Shown here: positions 47,946 to 61,385 of the stretch, piece after piece
Position numbering within the stretch: the first letter of the stretch is position 1
Layout of the letters: every line of letters starts with the position of its first letter
Source: Paecilomyces variotii
Taxonomy: Eukaryota
DNA: 64,000 nt
Direction: 5' to 3' (one strand)
Assembly (NCBI GenBank): GCA_004022145.1
Contig: RCNU01000006.1
Made by a program: the position numbers and the translations under genes
The notes under the pieces: generated by a model
Database searches by the model: none
Seen by the model: only the letters and a program-made list of their open reading frames with translations
What the model was told of the DNA's origin: nothing

Positions 47946-49733
47946 TTACTCTGACCACGCCTGCACTTCAAACCTAACAACCGGATCACGAAGGAACTTG
48001 ACGTTCCTAACGAGCCGTACCTCCGCGGCTTTCGTCCTTCTCAGATGCTCACGCTTCTGTCTGGCTTCGTCGGTATCTTCGACAGGCTCTTCATCGGCAT
48101 CAGCGGAACTAGCACGCAACTCTTCATCGCGCGCCCTTATCGTGTTCTCCAGTACACTGTGCATGCTTGCGAGGACCTTGACCGTGGCTTTCGCGAGCGG
48201 CAGTTCCGTCGCAGGTACTGAGTCAGGCGATACCCAGGACTTGGTATGGCGCAGGGCCGGGTCAGCGGAGAAGACAGCCTCGCGGAGTCGTGCGACGGTC
48301 AGAGCGGCGAACATGTCGCCTGTCCCGCTAAAGAAGCAATCAAGGGCTGGGACGTCGACGCGGAAGAGGCGCGGAGAGCCGTCGGAGCGCGTCGTGGAGC
48401 CGATGACGGTCAGCGTAGAGGGGGGAGCGGTAGTCGAGGCGGAGTGGGAGAGGGTGGTGAGCTGGACGGAGGTGACGATGATGTGGGGGACTGAGTAGGT
48501 TTTGTGGATGGCGGTGATGGCTTCGGCAAGGGTGTGGAGAGAAGTGATTTTGATGCCGGATAGGAGTCTATAGGGAGGTTTTGCTGTGTTATTAAAGAGT
48601 GGTATTGCCGGGAGTGAGAAGTCGTCCTCAATGGATTCCGTCCAGCGTTTTGCTAAAAAGGAAGACGCGCAAGTACGCCGTGATTTGACTTACTCTGCCT
48701 CGAATTGGTTGGGTAAGATAAGATCCGCATGGTGTATGATTTTCTTATACGCAGGGACAACGTCCTCGTTCACATATATACGTCCCTGATCGCCCATCAC
48801 GGGATCAAGTACTGATGACGAAGGCTATGTCAACTCTTTGATTCATTCCAATATTTGGAATATGGAATAGTACTCACTCCAAAAGAAAGAACCAGGTTTC
48901 TTCTCCGCCTTGCGCTGCAGATCCAGCCCGATCTCGCCTACAGCCTCGACAGCCGCGGCACTGGGAGCGTACCCGGAGAGCAAGACATCGAAATCCGTTA
49001 GATAACTTTGCTGGAGACCCTGATAGAGATCGCGGATTTCCTGAGCAGTTGCTTTGGTGCCCTTGACCTGCTTGTAGCCGGTATGGTTGCCTTGAAGGAT
49101 GTATATATCAGCTACCTCAATTCCTGGAAGAAACCTCTTATCTTAATCAGGGAGCAACCAAAGCCCCCAGTTTGTGCAAAAGGATTGGCGAAACGCAAAT
49201 AAAGAACCACAGATGCTTACTGAAATGAACCGTATTCAACGCAGCGACCTCACAGCCCAATGACTGCATGACAAACGTTGCCATTGTGTTTCCGACATAT
49301 CTGATAAGCCATCAGCATTTGAACCCGAAGATGGGAGTTGGAATATCGTAAAAAGTATTTTATTTATGCAACGAAAGCAGGAATATCATATATCTCAAAC
49401 AATCCATGACACTCTCGTCTCCAAGCATGGGTGATTTCTTTTCAACACTTTAAAATATACAGTAATTACCCCATGGCAAAACATCAAGCAATCGAACAGC
49501 AAAAGCAGAAAGAGCATGCATCTTACGTACCCGTAGACAACCTTCACGCGGCCAATTCACCTGAGTCAGTATCAGCCCTCGAGGAGAACAAAACTTTTCC
49601 ATATAAGGAAACAGCATTCCTCACAACTGCTGAGGAACACTGGAAGTCCAGGATGCCTGCAGGGAAGCACATCACATACATGGCTTGCTACCGCAAGGAC
49701 CCGCGTCTCGGGCACCAGAGGCTCCGAAGACAT
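47946..49733 (-). CDS. Pyridoxal kinase (PdxY/Bud16-like), six exons including an 11-nt microexon at 49541-49531
   Basis: Spliced [69 protein letters not shown] and [12 protein letters not shown]. Confidence 0.95.
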
Positions 49734-50264
49734 TGTAGCCGAGACAAGAACCACCAAGAGAGAATACACAGGAGTTAAAAGGAAATGAAGAAGAATAAAA
49801 ATAAATGAGTGAATCTCAGTATCTCCAGCCTCGTAGGTTTATCAGGATGAGTCGGCGGGCGAAGGCTCTAGTGAGATCTGGACCGTAATTAGCCGCGAAT
49901 TATGTGGTGTCGGTTCGGGATGGGTGACGTACAGAGGGGGAAATTGGGCGGTAAGTTGTACCCCGCGATAAGTATTCACAGACCCAGGAGCAGAATATTA
50001 CAAATGCACCGCAACCTATTGATTGATGATGCATGAAGCGTCTACAATACATCCTAACTGCCCGTAGCGGATGGGTTGAATGTGCTCTAACAGAAAATCG
50101 CAAGTTCCCACTGCTTGAATTGGTGGTAATCCAGCCTCACACAATGCGGGGTTCTTTTTCTAATCCTATGACCGTCACACAAACACAGCCAGCCAGCACG
50201 TCGTCAAGTGTTAAACATGACAGAAACCCATCAATTCCCTCGAATCTCCCTTGTCCAGCAAGTT

Positions 50265-52851
50265 CTACATATTGATGGTGTTGATATTCGAGAGATCGGC
50301 TTCTAGAAGCGCCATGATGTTCAGGTTGCCTGCAAACCAATCTCCCAAGGAACCGGACGCGGTCATTCCGTCATATTCTGAAGGGGGCATCTCTCCTGCC
50401 GAAATACCGCTGCTGGGGACAGATGATATTGCCCCCGCTGACGTGAAGCCCAAGGCACTGAGATAGGGGTCGAAGTCGTTCACCGGGTACATGGCGTTGG
50501 TGCCGCTAACGGATGCATCTTGCTGAATGTGCACATTTGAGCTGCGTTTGATCTTGGCGTCGATATATAAATTAGCGACGCGATGGAAGACCTGACAAAG
50601 ACGATATAGCTTCTCTGTAGCTTCGGAGACCTCTGATACAGGTTGTAGAGAGGAAACGAATTCTCCAAGAAGCTTAAGGTCGGACAGGTCAGCAACGGCT
50701 ATCGCCTGACAGAACACAACCAGAAATGGTGTGAATGGGCAATGCATTAAAGTCCTGCAATGGATCAGCAGAGTCAGTAGGGTTCATGTTGTGTATGATT
50801 TTCCTCGGAACTTTAGCGGAAGAAAAATCGACTAACCAGCTAATATAACCATTCCAGATGTAGTTGTTGCTCTCTTTGTATCTAGATGAGTTCTGGTAGT
50901 GGGCCCTTAGAGTGGCTCGAGCGGTCTCGATACAGTCGTTGCTGAAGATGGCCGAATGGTCCGAAGGATCTGGTGGGATAGTGCGGTAAACCAGTGTCAA
51001 GACGGAATAATACACGATCGCGCAAGCAGATGTTGTCGCTTCGAAATAGTACGGGCTATAGACGGCCTTGTGATCGGTCTATTCAATCCGAGTTAGCCCA
51101 TTATAGATCAGGAACTTAGAACACAGCGCGTTCTTCTATGGTGTACCTACATCTAGTATCCCTTGATACCAACACTGCATATCCCGTATGATGTCCTTCG
51201 CCCGTTGAACGCGATCTGCCTCGGAGTCTGACAAAGCTCGTGCGGAATAGAGCTGTTCATAGACGCGTCCGTTAAAACGTGCCAGATCTATCCAGAAGTT
51301 ATACACCATGTCCCATGCGCGAAGGCCGACATCTGAAGACTGTCCTGGCCGCTCAAGCGTGATGTCGTAGTCCTGGAGTGTAGATGACCTGCCCAATCTC
51401 AAGGACAGACTCTTGTCCAGCACATAGACAAACCAGAACATCTTTTTCTTCAGTTCGATATCTGACTGAGTGTCTCCTGGTGTTGCAACGGATCGGTGGT
51501 ACCCCAGTATCTGGCACAATCTTGCCGCGTTGGACGCTAGAGCCCAGCATAATGATGGTCTTGAAATATCGATAGAGTAGAATGCCTGCGAGAGTCAGCG
51601 ACTAAGGCCAGTTCGGATATCATATCTAAGACTGAACATGGAACACTTACTCCAAGACACAAAGCTTGGATATTCTCTAGCGTAGGTGCTGTGAGAACAT
51701 CAAATTTTCCAATCGTGTACTCAAAATTGGAACGGCATATCGCCGCACATTCTTTGAACTCAGCGCTGTTTTGCCCCCGCAACATGCAGACCTCGGAGAA
51801 AAGGTAGTAAAGGCCGCCATTCACCAGAGTGAAAAGGGCCATGGAATAGTCCTCAGTCGCAAAATAGACCTTCTTGCACATATCATCGAATTTCATATAG
51901 TCCAGAAATGGTAGCTCCAGAAAATTGCTCGACATCGTTTCTAGATGAAGTAAGCTTTTGACGACGCACAGAAAACATGTTTCGGTGGTTGTCACCTTTA
52001 CAGAGTCTCAATAACGATACCACCGAAGCCATTGGAGGCATTTTGACCGAGGAGAAGTCAAGCGCAGGAGCTGCTTTCTGTCCGGGGAACCGCAAATCAT
52101 GATGCACTGATAGGGTATTCTGCTTCTCAACTAGGCTGCGCAGATTCGAGATGGCCTCCTGCATTTCAGGGCTACGACCCACGAGATTATCCACGCTCAT
52201 GGCACGTTCGAAGAGTTTGCTGGCATGGACGAAGTGCGCCCTGAACGAGGACTCGCCTTCAAAGGTCTTGTTCGCGGTCGTCATATCAGGTTCCGACGGT
52301 GGTTGAGCCACTGAGGGCAGAGGACTCTGCTGCACGGTACCTGATGGATTCACGTCCGCCCGAATCCTTGTTGGAAGAGTCGCTACATTCGAGTTTGCAG
52401 CAAGATCCTGAAGCAGACCTTCGATCCTTGACAGGCGGTCCTCTATCAGGGCAATCTTCGTTTCACTAGGCCGAAAGGTTAGCTCTGTAGTAGTACTGGA
52501 GAACATCACCAACAAACATACTATTGACTAGAAATTAGGATGCGCTGCCGCTGCTCCCTTGGCTTCTTTGCCGTCCGGCATATTGCGTTGGATACGCGGC
52601 AATTGGAACACGGCGATCGTTTATCGCATTTGATCTATAATGGTAAGCTTTCTGGTGTTCTGTATGCGTGCGCACCCTTGTAATGGGATATAATGATACC
52701 TTTCTGGCACGACAGTTATCGCACTGATAAGCTCAAACTTGATTAGCCGGACGCGTCTCCATATCTAGGTTGGTCTGGTGAAGCATACCGCACGCCAGGA
52801 TGGTGCTGTCGTTTGATCCTCACCGCCCGTATCGTCTGGGCTCTGATTCAT
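50265..52851 (-). CDS. Zn(II)2Cys6 transcription factor with fungal-specific TF domain (multi-exon)
   Basis: Spliced ACDNCRARK|IKCDKRSPCSNCRVSNAIC, then IALIEDRLSRIEGLL, AARLCQILGYHR and FWFVYVLDKSLSLRLGRSS. Confidence 0.93.
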
Positions 52852-55800
52852 CTTGAAATTGACGAAGCAGATTCCGACAGTTATAAGCTACTAATACAGA
52901 GCTATTAGGGATCACCTGCAGCAGTTCTGTTCCACGTTGAGATGAGTTAATCAGATTCTGAGTACGGCGAGCGGCCATCTTCACCGGCGTCCGCGGCCTC
53001 CGGAGTGGAAGCATCACGCCAAGTGGATCATCTCCCGACTCGCCTGCCAACGATAATGGTCGGATGAAAAAGATCATCATCCTGGCCAATTGAAGACTTG
53101 CCATTCCAGCAGAGAATATATGATGAGGATAAATGGTAGTACGTCGTTGCTAAATTTTCGAGGTATGGTTAACTGAGATCAGTGTAGTTAAATAATAACG
53201 TACCGCAACCACAGTTATCATGAAGAGACAGGTAGTTATATAACTAGATGACATACGACCAGTTGATACAATTCAGTCGCTAAAGGCCAAAGCAACATGG
53301 GAGCATAGAAGTGACCTATTCCAATATCGCCGACAATCAATGTATTGTACTTCACTTAAGTTTGGCAAAGCTCATGTTAGTTCGTTGCTTTGGACCAGTA
53401 GCATCAGGGCGTTAGTAGTTATCTCCTGCATGACATCGAGTACAATGGCAAGACAGCCCTCGTCAGGCTCTATCAAGTATTCTTCGAAGTGGCTGTGACT
53501 GCGAAGTTTCTATGGCAATGTATGTACATTGCGATAATGTTAGGGCGACAAATAGATGGGCTGTTTTGCAATTGGTTAATAGCAACTGTTCCACATCACA
53601 TCTGGGAGTGGATACTGATGCTCAAGCCCTACTGCAGCGAGCAAGAGGTTATCAAGGGTCTAAGGAAACACTTAGATGATAGTTTTGAGGGGAACGTGTT
53701 CCGATATGACTTGATACACTTTCACGCATAAAGCATGAGCCATCCTATTCAGTCAATATTAGAGTAGGTACAGCGTAGCGCTCCCAGGATTCAAATGCTG
53801 ATCATGACAAGGAGAGACCGGACTTAGCTGTAAATAGCATAAGTCTCAATTCCAAGCGCATTGTCTCTTGAGATCAGTATGTGTGTAAACTCTTTGCGCG
53901 CAGCATGCGATCCGCGCAACACCCATGTTATGTCCAGCAAACGGCGTGGCAGCATTGGGGGTTGCCGTAAACGTAAATCACCTCTCACCAGTAAAAGTGA
54001 CTGGAAAAGCAGCCCGGTCCACTGTCTCGAAGAATGCCTAAAATAGAATACTGTACTGGGGAAGCAATCAGTTGTAGCCAACTTGGCCAAGCTCTGAATT
54101 GCTGAAATGAAACGATCTTCGAGGTGCACTGCATGATACGCATGTGGCACCTCAGTGGATAATCCGGTGGATATGCGTCTCATCAAGCTGCCCTAGTAGG
54201 GGCTTGAACATGCGGGACAAAAGATTGCTGCACTCGTGGGGTTTGTTCATCGGGCAAGGCCAGCTGAGACTGAGAGGGACACAGGACCATTTGTCACCTA
54301 CAGACTCCCCCTCTCTGTTTCGTTTTGTCTTACCTCAGGCATTAATACTGATTTCCACTTCTTAGTAGTACATGGTTCAGACACGCTGCTTTTCGACTCG
54401 GTAGAGCCAATGGCTTCCGTAGTAGCTGAGGGAGGGACAGCATGTAAGCCACTGTTCTTCCGTCCGCTTTCCCTGTATGTATGGCGGCTAGAGTCGTCCT
54501 ATTGTTTCAGAATGTCAGGGAAGCTAGAACGGAGCTCTACCAGACCCCAGTATGTAGACCGAAGGAGGAAGCTGTTTGTACTGTACGTACAATAATCTGG
54601 GAGACGGCGGAAAGAGTGGCCGACATATCAGAAAGCTGGATGTTACAAAGTGAGTTATAGTTAAAACTAGGCGTTCACGGCTTTGTTGGGTACTCCCTGC
54701 CAGTGTACTCTCCTAAGCCCTAAGCAGCAACTAGGGTCGTTCTTCGTTATATCCATCTTGATAAATTATTTACTACTATTATTTAACTAGTACTAACTAT
54801 AATAACCCTCACTATGTACTGTCCCTTTGCCGTATGATGCTGGCATTGCCCATATTTCCTCTCTTAATATCCGACCTTCCGAGAATCGACCCGCAAAGTA
54901 TCGTGCAGAACCCCGTTTAGATTTCGCCCATGGAAGGTTATAAGCAATAATTTAGAGAAAATAATAACATCCATGGTCGGATTCTTTGTCCCCACCATGG
55001 CGCGCTCATGTGGAGCTTTTTTCAGGAACAGCCGGTCACTTGGTCAAGGAGTAAACTTTGGATGAAGCCGGATTCGTGCCGCCCACGGAGCATCAGATGA
55101 ACATCATGAAAGAAACAACAAACGGAGAGGTACTTTTGATGCTGAGTATGGCGATTTCTTTAGGGAGTTTTGCTCTCTGTTGTCCTACTTCTCTTGTTCA
55201 CCTCGGGAACAGAAAGCGATCGCATTCCCGCTGGCGGTTGCAGGCATGGAAGATCGAATGTTCTCGCCCCGGATCGGCCCCTGAACCGAACAGAGTTCTC
55301 AGGCCCTCGGACCATCAACATCGGCGCCAAAGTAGAATTGCGCGTGGCGCCAACAGGTGCAACAGCATTGGAGATGAAAGGTGGAGAAAGACGGAGAGAT
55401 GGTCTGTAAAGATATCTCCTGCCCGTTTGTAGTTAGATGCTTCTGGTTCAGGGAAGAACTGAGGTTCAAACACCATACCAAATGCGCCAGAAAAGCACTC
55501 ATGCCCCCCTGAGCATGGCCGTTGCAGTTCTGTTGGTGATCCACTGTGATCAATGGCCTGTATCCTTGACCCCAGGTGCTCGGTGGACTAACTGACCCTG
55601 GTCGTAGACTAAGAACAAGAATAACCTGAACCACCGGGGCATCCTGGTGCGACTTGCACGACTTTGGCCAGGAACTCCGCCACTATTGGCCTGGAACCAA
55701 ATAAGTCATTGTGAGCCAAGGCGACCAGGCTGAGCGTATATTATCAGACGCCGGCCCCGAGTGTCGAAGTATCGCGCAACCGCCGGCACGAGGCTGTCCA

Positions 55801-56207
55801 TCACGGAGGTGAGAGGAAAGGTGACCAACAGTACAGACTGGACGACCGTTGGAAGTTGCAGACCTTCCTTTCAACTTGACGGGCCATTCGATACGGCAGA
55901 AAGCGTTGGCTTCCTTTGACGAGTCGATAATAGTCCCTCTGCATTCCTCAGCGTCACAGGCAATCGCCGCTTCGACTCGATTCTACCAAGACCGTAGAGA
56001 GACGACGAGCGCAAGTGGCTTCTGCAGCTTGAGAACTCAAGACAATAGACTGGCTGGTGAAAACTTCGACGAGTTCATCAGTCTTCTCTCTTGGACGCCA
56101 GGCTCGCTCCAGCGCATTGGTCAATCGCCGTACCATGTTGACATTGTTATAACTCGCCCTCCCTCCCATCATTAAGCCCTTACGGCGATTCACTCGTTTA
56201 ACACACA

Positions 56208-57431
56208 ATGGAAGCCTTATCAGGCTCTCCTCTGGTTTTCCCAGATGCCTCTCGTTCACGATCTTCATTCCAGCACGATCCTTCTAATATGATGTCGCAA
56301 CATCGGACACCGCGGTCACAATTGCGCCGGCAAAGGCCATCGACTTACCATACTTCCTTCTCAACGAGACTGTGTCTGCTGCTCATATCGATAATCCTAA
56401 TATTTTATACACCCGTCAATGCCGCTGTCATTTCGATCCGATCTTCTGAGGCGGCGATCTCGAGCGGCGTTGCCGATTCAGCTAGAGAGAGGGAGATCAC
56501 CGTTGATCGCCAGAGGTCATCCCCACTTCACTCAAGTGTGGAGGAAATTCAAGCAACGGCAGACAACAATGATCTAGAAGATCGCCCTGAGGAGAGATAC
56601 AATATCGCACTGCCAGAGAAACACATCAAGAGAGCGGACTCATCGCAAATCTCGAGCAGGTCTACATACAGCACATCTCTAGAGTCCGAGTCCTTCCCAA
56701 CTCCTTTCGACGGTGCCACTTTTGGCAGCAACTTTACCAGCGATAGCTGTCCGGTGTTCTTTGAGAATTTCCTCAAAAATTCGACCATCACTTCTTGCCA
56801 TGCTGTCTCCCTGCTACTTCAAAATTCCCAGTCTTGGTTCCACTCCCTGAGCTCAGCGGCCGCCATCTCCAATAACCTCGACATCGCATGCTCTGCTCCC
56901 ATGGTCCTCTGTACGGACATCCTGGCAGACCTTGCCTCACGGCTCATCAGCGACGATGCCTGCGGTAAGGACTATAAGCAGGGAAATCCACTCGTGGCGA
57001 ACGCCTACGCGGGCATGATTGCTTACCAGCCCATGTACCGCGCAACATGTCTAAAGGATCCCTCTACCAACAGCTATTGCCTCTCGGAGGCGATTCTCAA
57101 CTCGACCTCTATCACAGACTATTCTATCTACTTTCTGCCTCTGGGTATGAACCTCCCAGCGTCAGGCCGCGCCACCTGCAACGCCTGTCTGGAGGCCACG
57201 ATGCAGGTTTTCAGTGAAGCCAGTGAGTCTGAAGGCCAGCCGCTCACCAAGACATACATTCCCGCGGCCGAGCAGCTGAATCTGGGCTGTGGTCCCAATT
57301 ACATTAATACTACAATCCCCATCGGTTCCAAACAGGCCATTGGAGCAGGTAGTCTGATAAGCCCGAATATGCCGCTCGTCAGCTACGGCTTTGCTTTTAT
57401 GCTCGGCATGTGGCTGTTGGGTATCCTTTGA
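56208..57431 (+). CDS. Cys-rich secreted or GPI-anchored cell-surface protein
   Basis: Hydrophobic segment LCLLLISIILIFY, Kex2-like KR site, domain starting PTPFD...SCP.FF...CHAVSLLL with about ten Cys and N-glycosylation sequons, and a hydrophobic C-terminus. Confidence 0.82.
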   Translation: MEALSGSPLVFPDASRSRSSFQHDPSNMMSQHRTPRSQLRRQRPSTYHTSFSTRLCLLLISIILIFYTPVNAAVISIRSSEAAISSGVADSAREREITVDRQRSSPLHSSVEEIQATADNNDLEDRPEERYNIALPEKHIKRADSSQISSRSTYSTSLESESFPTPFDGATFGSNFTSDSCPVFFENFLKNSTITSCHAVSLLLQNSQSWFHSLSSAAAISNNLDIACSAPMVLCTDILADLASRLISDDACGKDYKQGNPLVANAYAGMIAYQPMYRATCLKDPSTNSYCLSEAILNSTSITDYSIYFLPLGMNLPASGRATCNACLEATMQVFSEASESEGQPLTKTYIPAAEQLNLGCGPNYINTTIPIGSKQAIGAGSLISPNMPLVSYGFAFMLGMWLLGIL

Positions 57432-57567
57432 TCATCGAGATTTCGAAAAAAAAAAAGGTGCTATGCTATCGCACACACACACTCTCTTTCTCTCTTCCAT
57501 CTATACCCAACGAACTTAATTCTATTGTCTATTTTTACATAATCCACTTGCTACACTACACCCTACG

Positions 57568-57586
57568 TACATACATACATACATAC
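57568..57586. repeat. (TACA)n microsatellite
   Basis: tacatacatacatacatac. Confidence 0.8.
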
Positions 57587-58282
57587 CTACGTCCTACACT
57601 ACCGATCTCTCATACTCTCACATCATTCTCGGTGCTCCTACCCTCGTTGCAATGCACTCACTCTCCGCATGCTATCTTACCTATCTACCACGTTCCCTGG
57701 TACATTCCTACCTTTTTTAGGACTCATTGTTTTACTTTTATCTTCTGATTTTTTTTCTGACGTCAACTGATCCGATTCACTTATTGAGCGAACGTACATA
57801 GATGGGAAACACGTCTCACGAGCGCAAGATTTCTTTATTGACATTTCCTGTTCTACCCTGTCACTTTCTCTGGATATGTTGATCTTGGGGTTGAATCAAG
57901 TGACCAAGAAGCTTGAAGCTATAAAGTTAGGAATTGATTATTTTCTTTTCGGAACACTCTCGTGGCTATATGATAGTAGGGGTAACATTGAATTGTATCT
58001 GAAGGACGTAAAGCATGCGATGATGTAAGATCCAGGTATCATGACGACTGTATATTTTTCGGCGGTATAAGACATAAGTATATGCATGAATCTCACTCCA
58101 ATGTCCTCAAGCACGTAGACCTGAGATTGTTCGTGATTACGTGACATGCATGATATGAATGCAAAAATATAATATGAAATATTAATAAAAGGAGATTAAA
58201 TATGAGGCGTGTATCATCCCAAAAGACGTAATGCAGCAGGCTGGATATGCAAGACAGATGCTGCGTTATGCTTCCTGAACCC

Positions 58283-60782
58283 TCAGCTTCTTCTCGGGAA
58301 AGTTGTTTCCCTGAGAGCGACGCCAACGAGACTCTGTTGTGCTTGGCTGCCAAAACTCATTCCCGGGACTTGCTGGGTGGGACTCATGGACATTTCCTTT
58401 TCGCGCTTCAGGCGGAAATATGCGAGTTTGGCAAAGCGACCCAGGTGGTTCCAGAAATGGCGACCAGCTTCGTGAGCTGCGATGCGGTCAAGAAGCTCGA
58501 CTGTCGCGTCGCGGACGACAGGGTCTGGGTGGAACAGACCCATGCTGATATAGAACAGGCCGGCCTGGCTTTCAGGCGTCACAGTGAGCAGTTGGCAAAT
58601 TCCGGCATAGTCCTCCACGGCATGCGCAAAAGCGAGATAGATAGCACCGGATTCCGCATGAGAAAGTTTGAGCGACCGTAATCGATCGTGATGGTGGTGT
58701 AGGTCAAGCTGCTTGACAGGCCTGCCGGCATAATACATCGAAGCGACGTCCTGGACGAAAGAATAATAGGAACGTGTATTCCGCCATCCTTCGATTCTCG
58801 ACACGGAAGCCGCTAGCTCCCGCTGCTTGGATTCCTCGTCTCGCCATACATAGCCATGTCCACGAAGAGAAGATGGATCAGAAGGGTCTGATCGGAAGCC
58901 ACTGGGACTCTCCACGGATGGCGATTCTCCTGGCCCGATAATGTACAGAGCTGATGCTCCATAAACCGTTTCCTCAAACGCGGCAGCAACACGCGTGAAT
59001 TTCGTGATGTAGGCACGCCATTTGGCACGAATCGCACCCTCACCATGACGCTGGGTGATACTGCGGACTATATCCTCCATGAAAAGATTATCACCAGTCG
59101 GGTCTGCGTTGGGTCCAGCAGGAGGCGGAATCATCGCGGTCTGTTGCTGGAAGTACAGAAGCCCTTCTGTAACTGGTGCAGGTTCGATACGGTTACTGAT
59201 TTTCATCCGTCCGGTGGGTAGATCGCAGAGCAGATCCCACCATTCATGATGATTGGCAAAGGTTGGATTTGTTACTCCCGCAATGAAACCCGGTACTCTG
59301 AGAAGGTCATCGATTTTTGTTAGGTCGGTGTAAGGAAATGCGTGTCTAGTGAAACCTCGCAGGACACCACCAGAAGCTAGAGCGCAGGCTGCCAGGACCG
59401 CTTCAGCAACTTCTCCTGAAGGCCTGTTATGACCTAGAAAGATGACTCGTTTCTGAGTAAGCATTGCGTTGACGAGGACGATAATCGGGTGCGTATAGGC
59501 ACCGCTCGTTGTGAGATGAGGGTGAAGGGCAAAGGGTTGCGGTGACGAGGCATGAGGTCCCGCAAAGATCTGTATGAGCTTTACCAGAGAAAAGTCGCCG
59601 ACTGTTTCTGGCCATATTGCTGTTGGGACCTTCACAGGAATAGGGATATCGTTGTAAACGACCTTCGACTCAAACTCGTGCGTGTCTCTAGGAAGAGCGT
59701 AACGTAGCTGGTTCTTTGCAGGTGATCCCGGGGATAGTTCCCCACTCGCGATCTCGTCAGCAACCCGCTGCTGGATCATCCGCTCAAACTTCTCAATGAA
59801 CATATCCTTCGAATCACTCGCTTGTAGGATATGTCTCTCCAAAAAAGAAAGCTTGGGCATCAAGGAGAGATCCATGGCGTTGACAGCATGATAAAGGCTT
59901 GCCAATGTCTCCGGGTATGGTGATTTAAAGTAGTCCTCCAGTGCCAGAAGAAGCAAAGGCTGAATTTGTCAGTTCCATGCCCAGAATAGGATGTAATATA
60001 GAGGACTTACTTTATATATGTGGAGAAACGAATGCCGCGTACAGATAGCCATGGCTTTGACCACAGCACCTCTGGAATCGTCAGTGCCCAAATTTCCATG
60101 ACGATCGACTACCGTAGACTCACCGTCTGACCGTGTTGTCCTGCTTTGTATTCACCAGATTCAACACGTACATCAGCGGCGGACCTTCGCCTGCGTGGTC
60201 TTCATCGTCGCTACTCTCCTCACTGGACGCCTCGTCCTCCTGCCGCATGTCCATATCGCCTTCTCTTTGTTTTCCTTTTCCTTCATTTCCTTTCGTCTCC
60301 TCACTCCCGCCCTCTTCTTCATCTTCATCGCCCGTATCCTTGTGCAAAAAGAAAATCGTCCAATCCTGGCTTCGGACGTGAGTCTGATCCGGTAGCATGA
60401 GCTCAGCCAGCATGCTCTCGTCACCGCTGATGGCAGAAGGATATTGATGCTCCATGATGGGGCCTCGGTCAATATGAAACGACGCGACCAATATGTATTC
60501 GACATGGCGCTCGGGAGAATCCAAGGGATATTGCGATTTGTAACGCTTGCGCTTCGGTCTGGCAGTCTGCGGTACGGACTGCTCAGTCGATCGGCGACGT
60601 GAGGAAGTGCGGGAGCTCGTTGGCGACCGTTTCAAGAAAGAGCCTGCCGGAGATAGTCGTGGAAATCCATTATGAGTTCCCTGGCTAGCAGACGAGGAGA
60701 GGGAGGGAAATGGTTCAAGGGAGTTGCGCCGTTCATGGGACGAATCGTTTCCGGACGTGCGATATGGCAATGCGGTCGACAT
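58283..60782 (-). CDS. mesA: MesA/Afi1-family polarity-axis stabilisation protein (DENN-like), three exons
   Basis: [58 protein letters not shown] and HAFPYTDL...GFIAGVTNP match the Afi1 and SPA domains. Confidence 0.85.
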
Positions 60783-61385
60783 ATTTCTGAATTATTGAAA
60801 TAAAAATCAATTCATATAAACCTAATGCTCCTCAGTGTTGTCTGATGCATGTCCAGCCAGCGCAGGTCAGCGATCCTTGGCTCAGACTATAGATCTATGG
60901 TTCAGGGGGGAGTATAAAGCGCGGAGACTTTGGGCGTACCGACCTTTGAGCGGGGCTCGCCAATTGTGGTATCAAGAGAAATCGTGTCAGAAATATCAAA
61001 AAACTATATACATAGAACATCAAGATCCATTTTTCATGCCATCGTGATAGATATGAGTGCTTCCGGGGGCGTTGGACTTGCACTGTCGCGGCGCTTTCCC
61101 TCTCCCTTTACGGTCCGCTCCCCGCACGTGCTCTGGTAGACGGAGGCGGCGTTACTTGGCACCGGAGGCGGTCGGGGTCGGCAGATCGTCCGTTTGTTTA
61201 CTCTGGGGACGATAGCAACCAGTAGTTAGTTAGATCTAATACAGATTCACCACAACGAAATATCACTGTTAGTCGACGACTCTAAGGGAATTGGAGATAT
61301 ACGCTGTTTTTCTGCCATAATACCTTGTGCATGAGTACAATATACGATAAACTTCTACGCTGTTGAAGATTCTCTCCCCGTCATC

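Noticed and set aside
44833..52851. Secondary-metabolite or resistance cluster around the Zn2Cys6 factor and APH-fold kinase
   Set aside because: No PKS, NRPS, terpene or tailoring genes; the neighbours are housekeeping genes and the kinase is ACAD10/11-like rather than an aminoglycoside-resistance enzyme.
53150..54830. TpA-rich patches suggesting a RIP-degraded transposon
   Set aside because: No terminal repeats or transposon protein motifs visible; RIP indices could not be computed.
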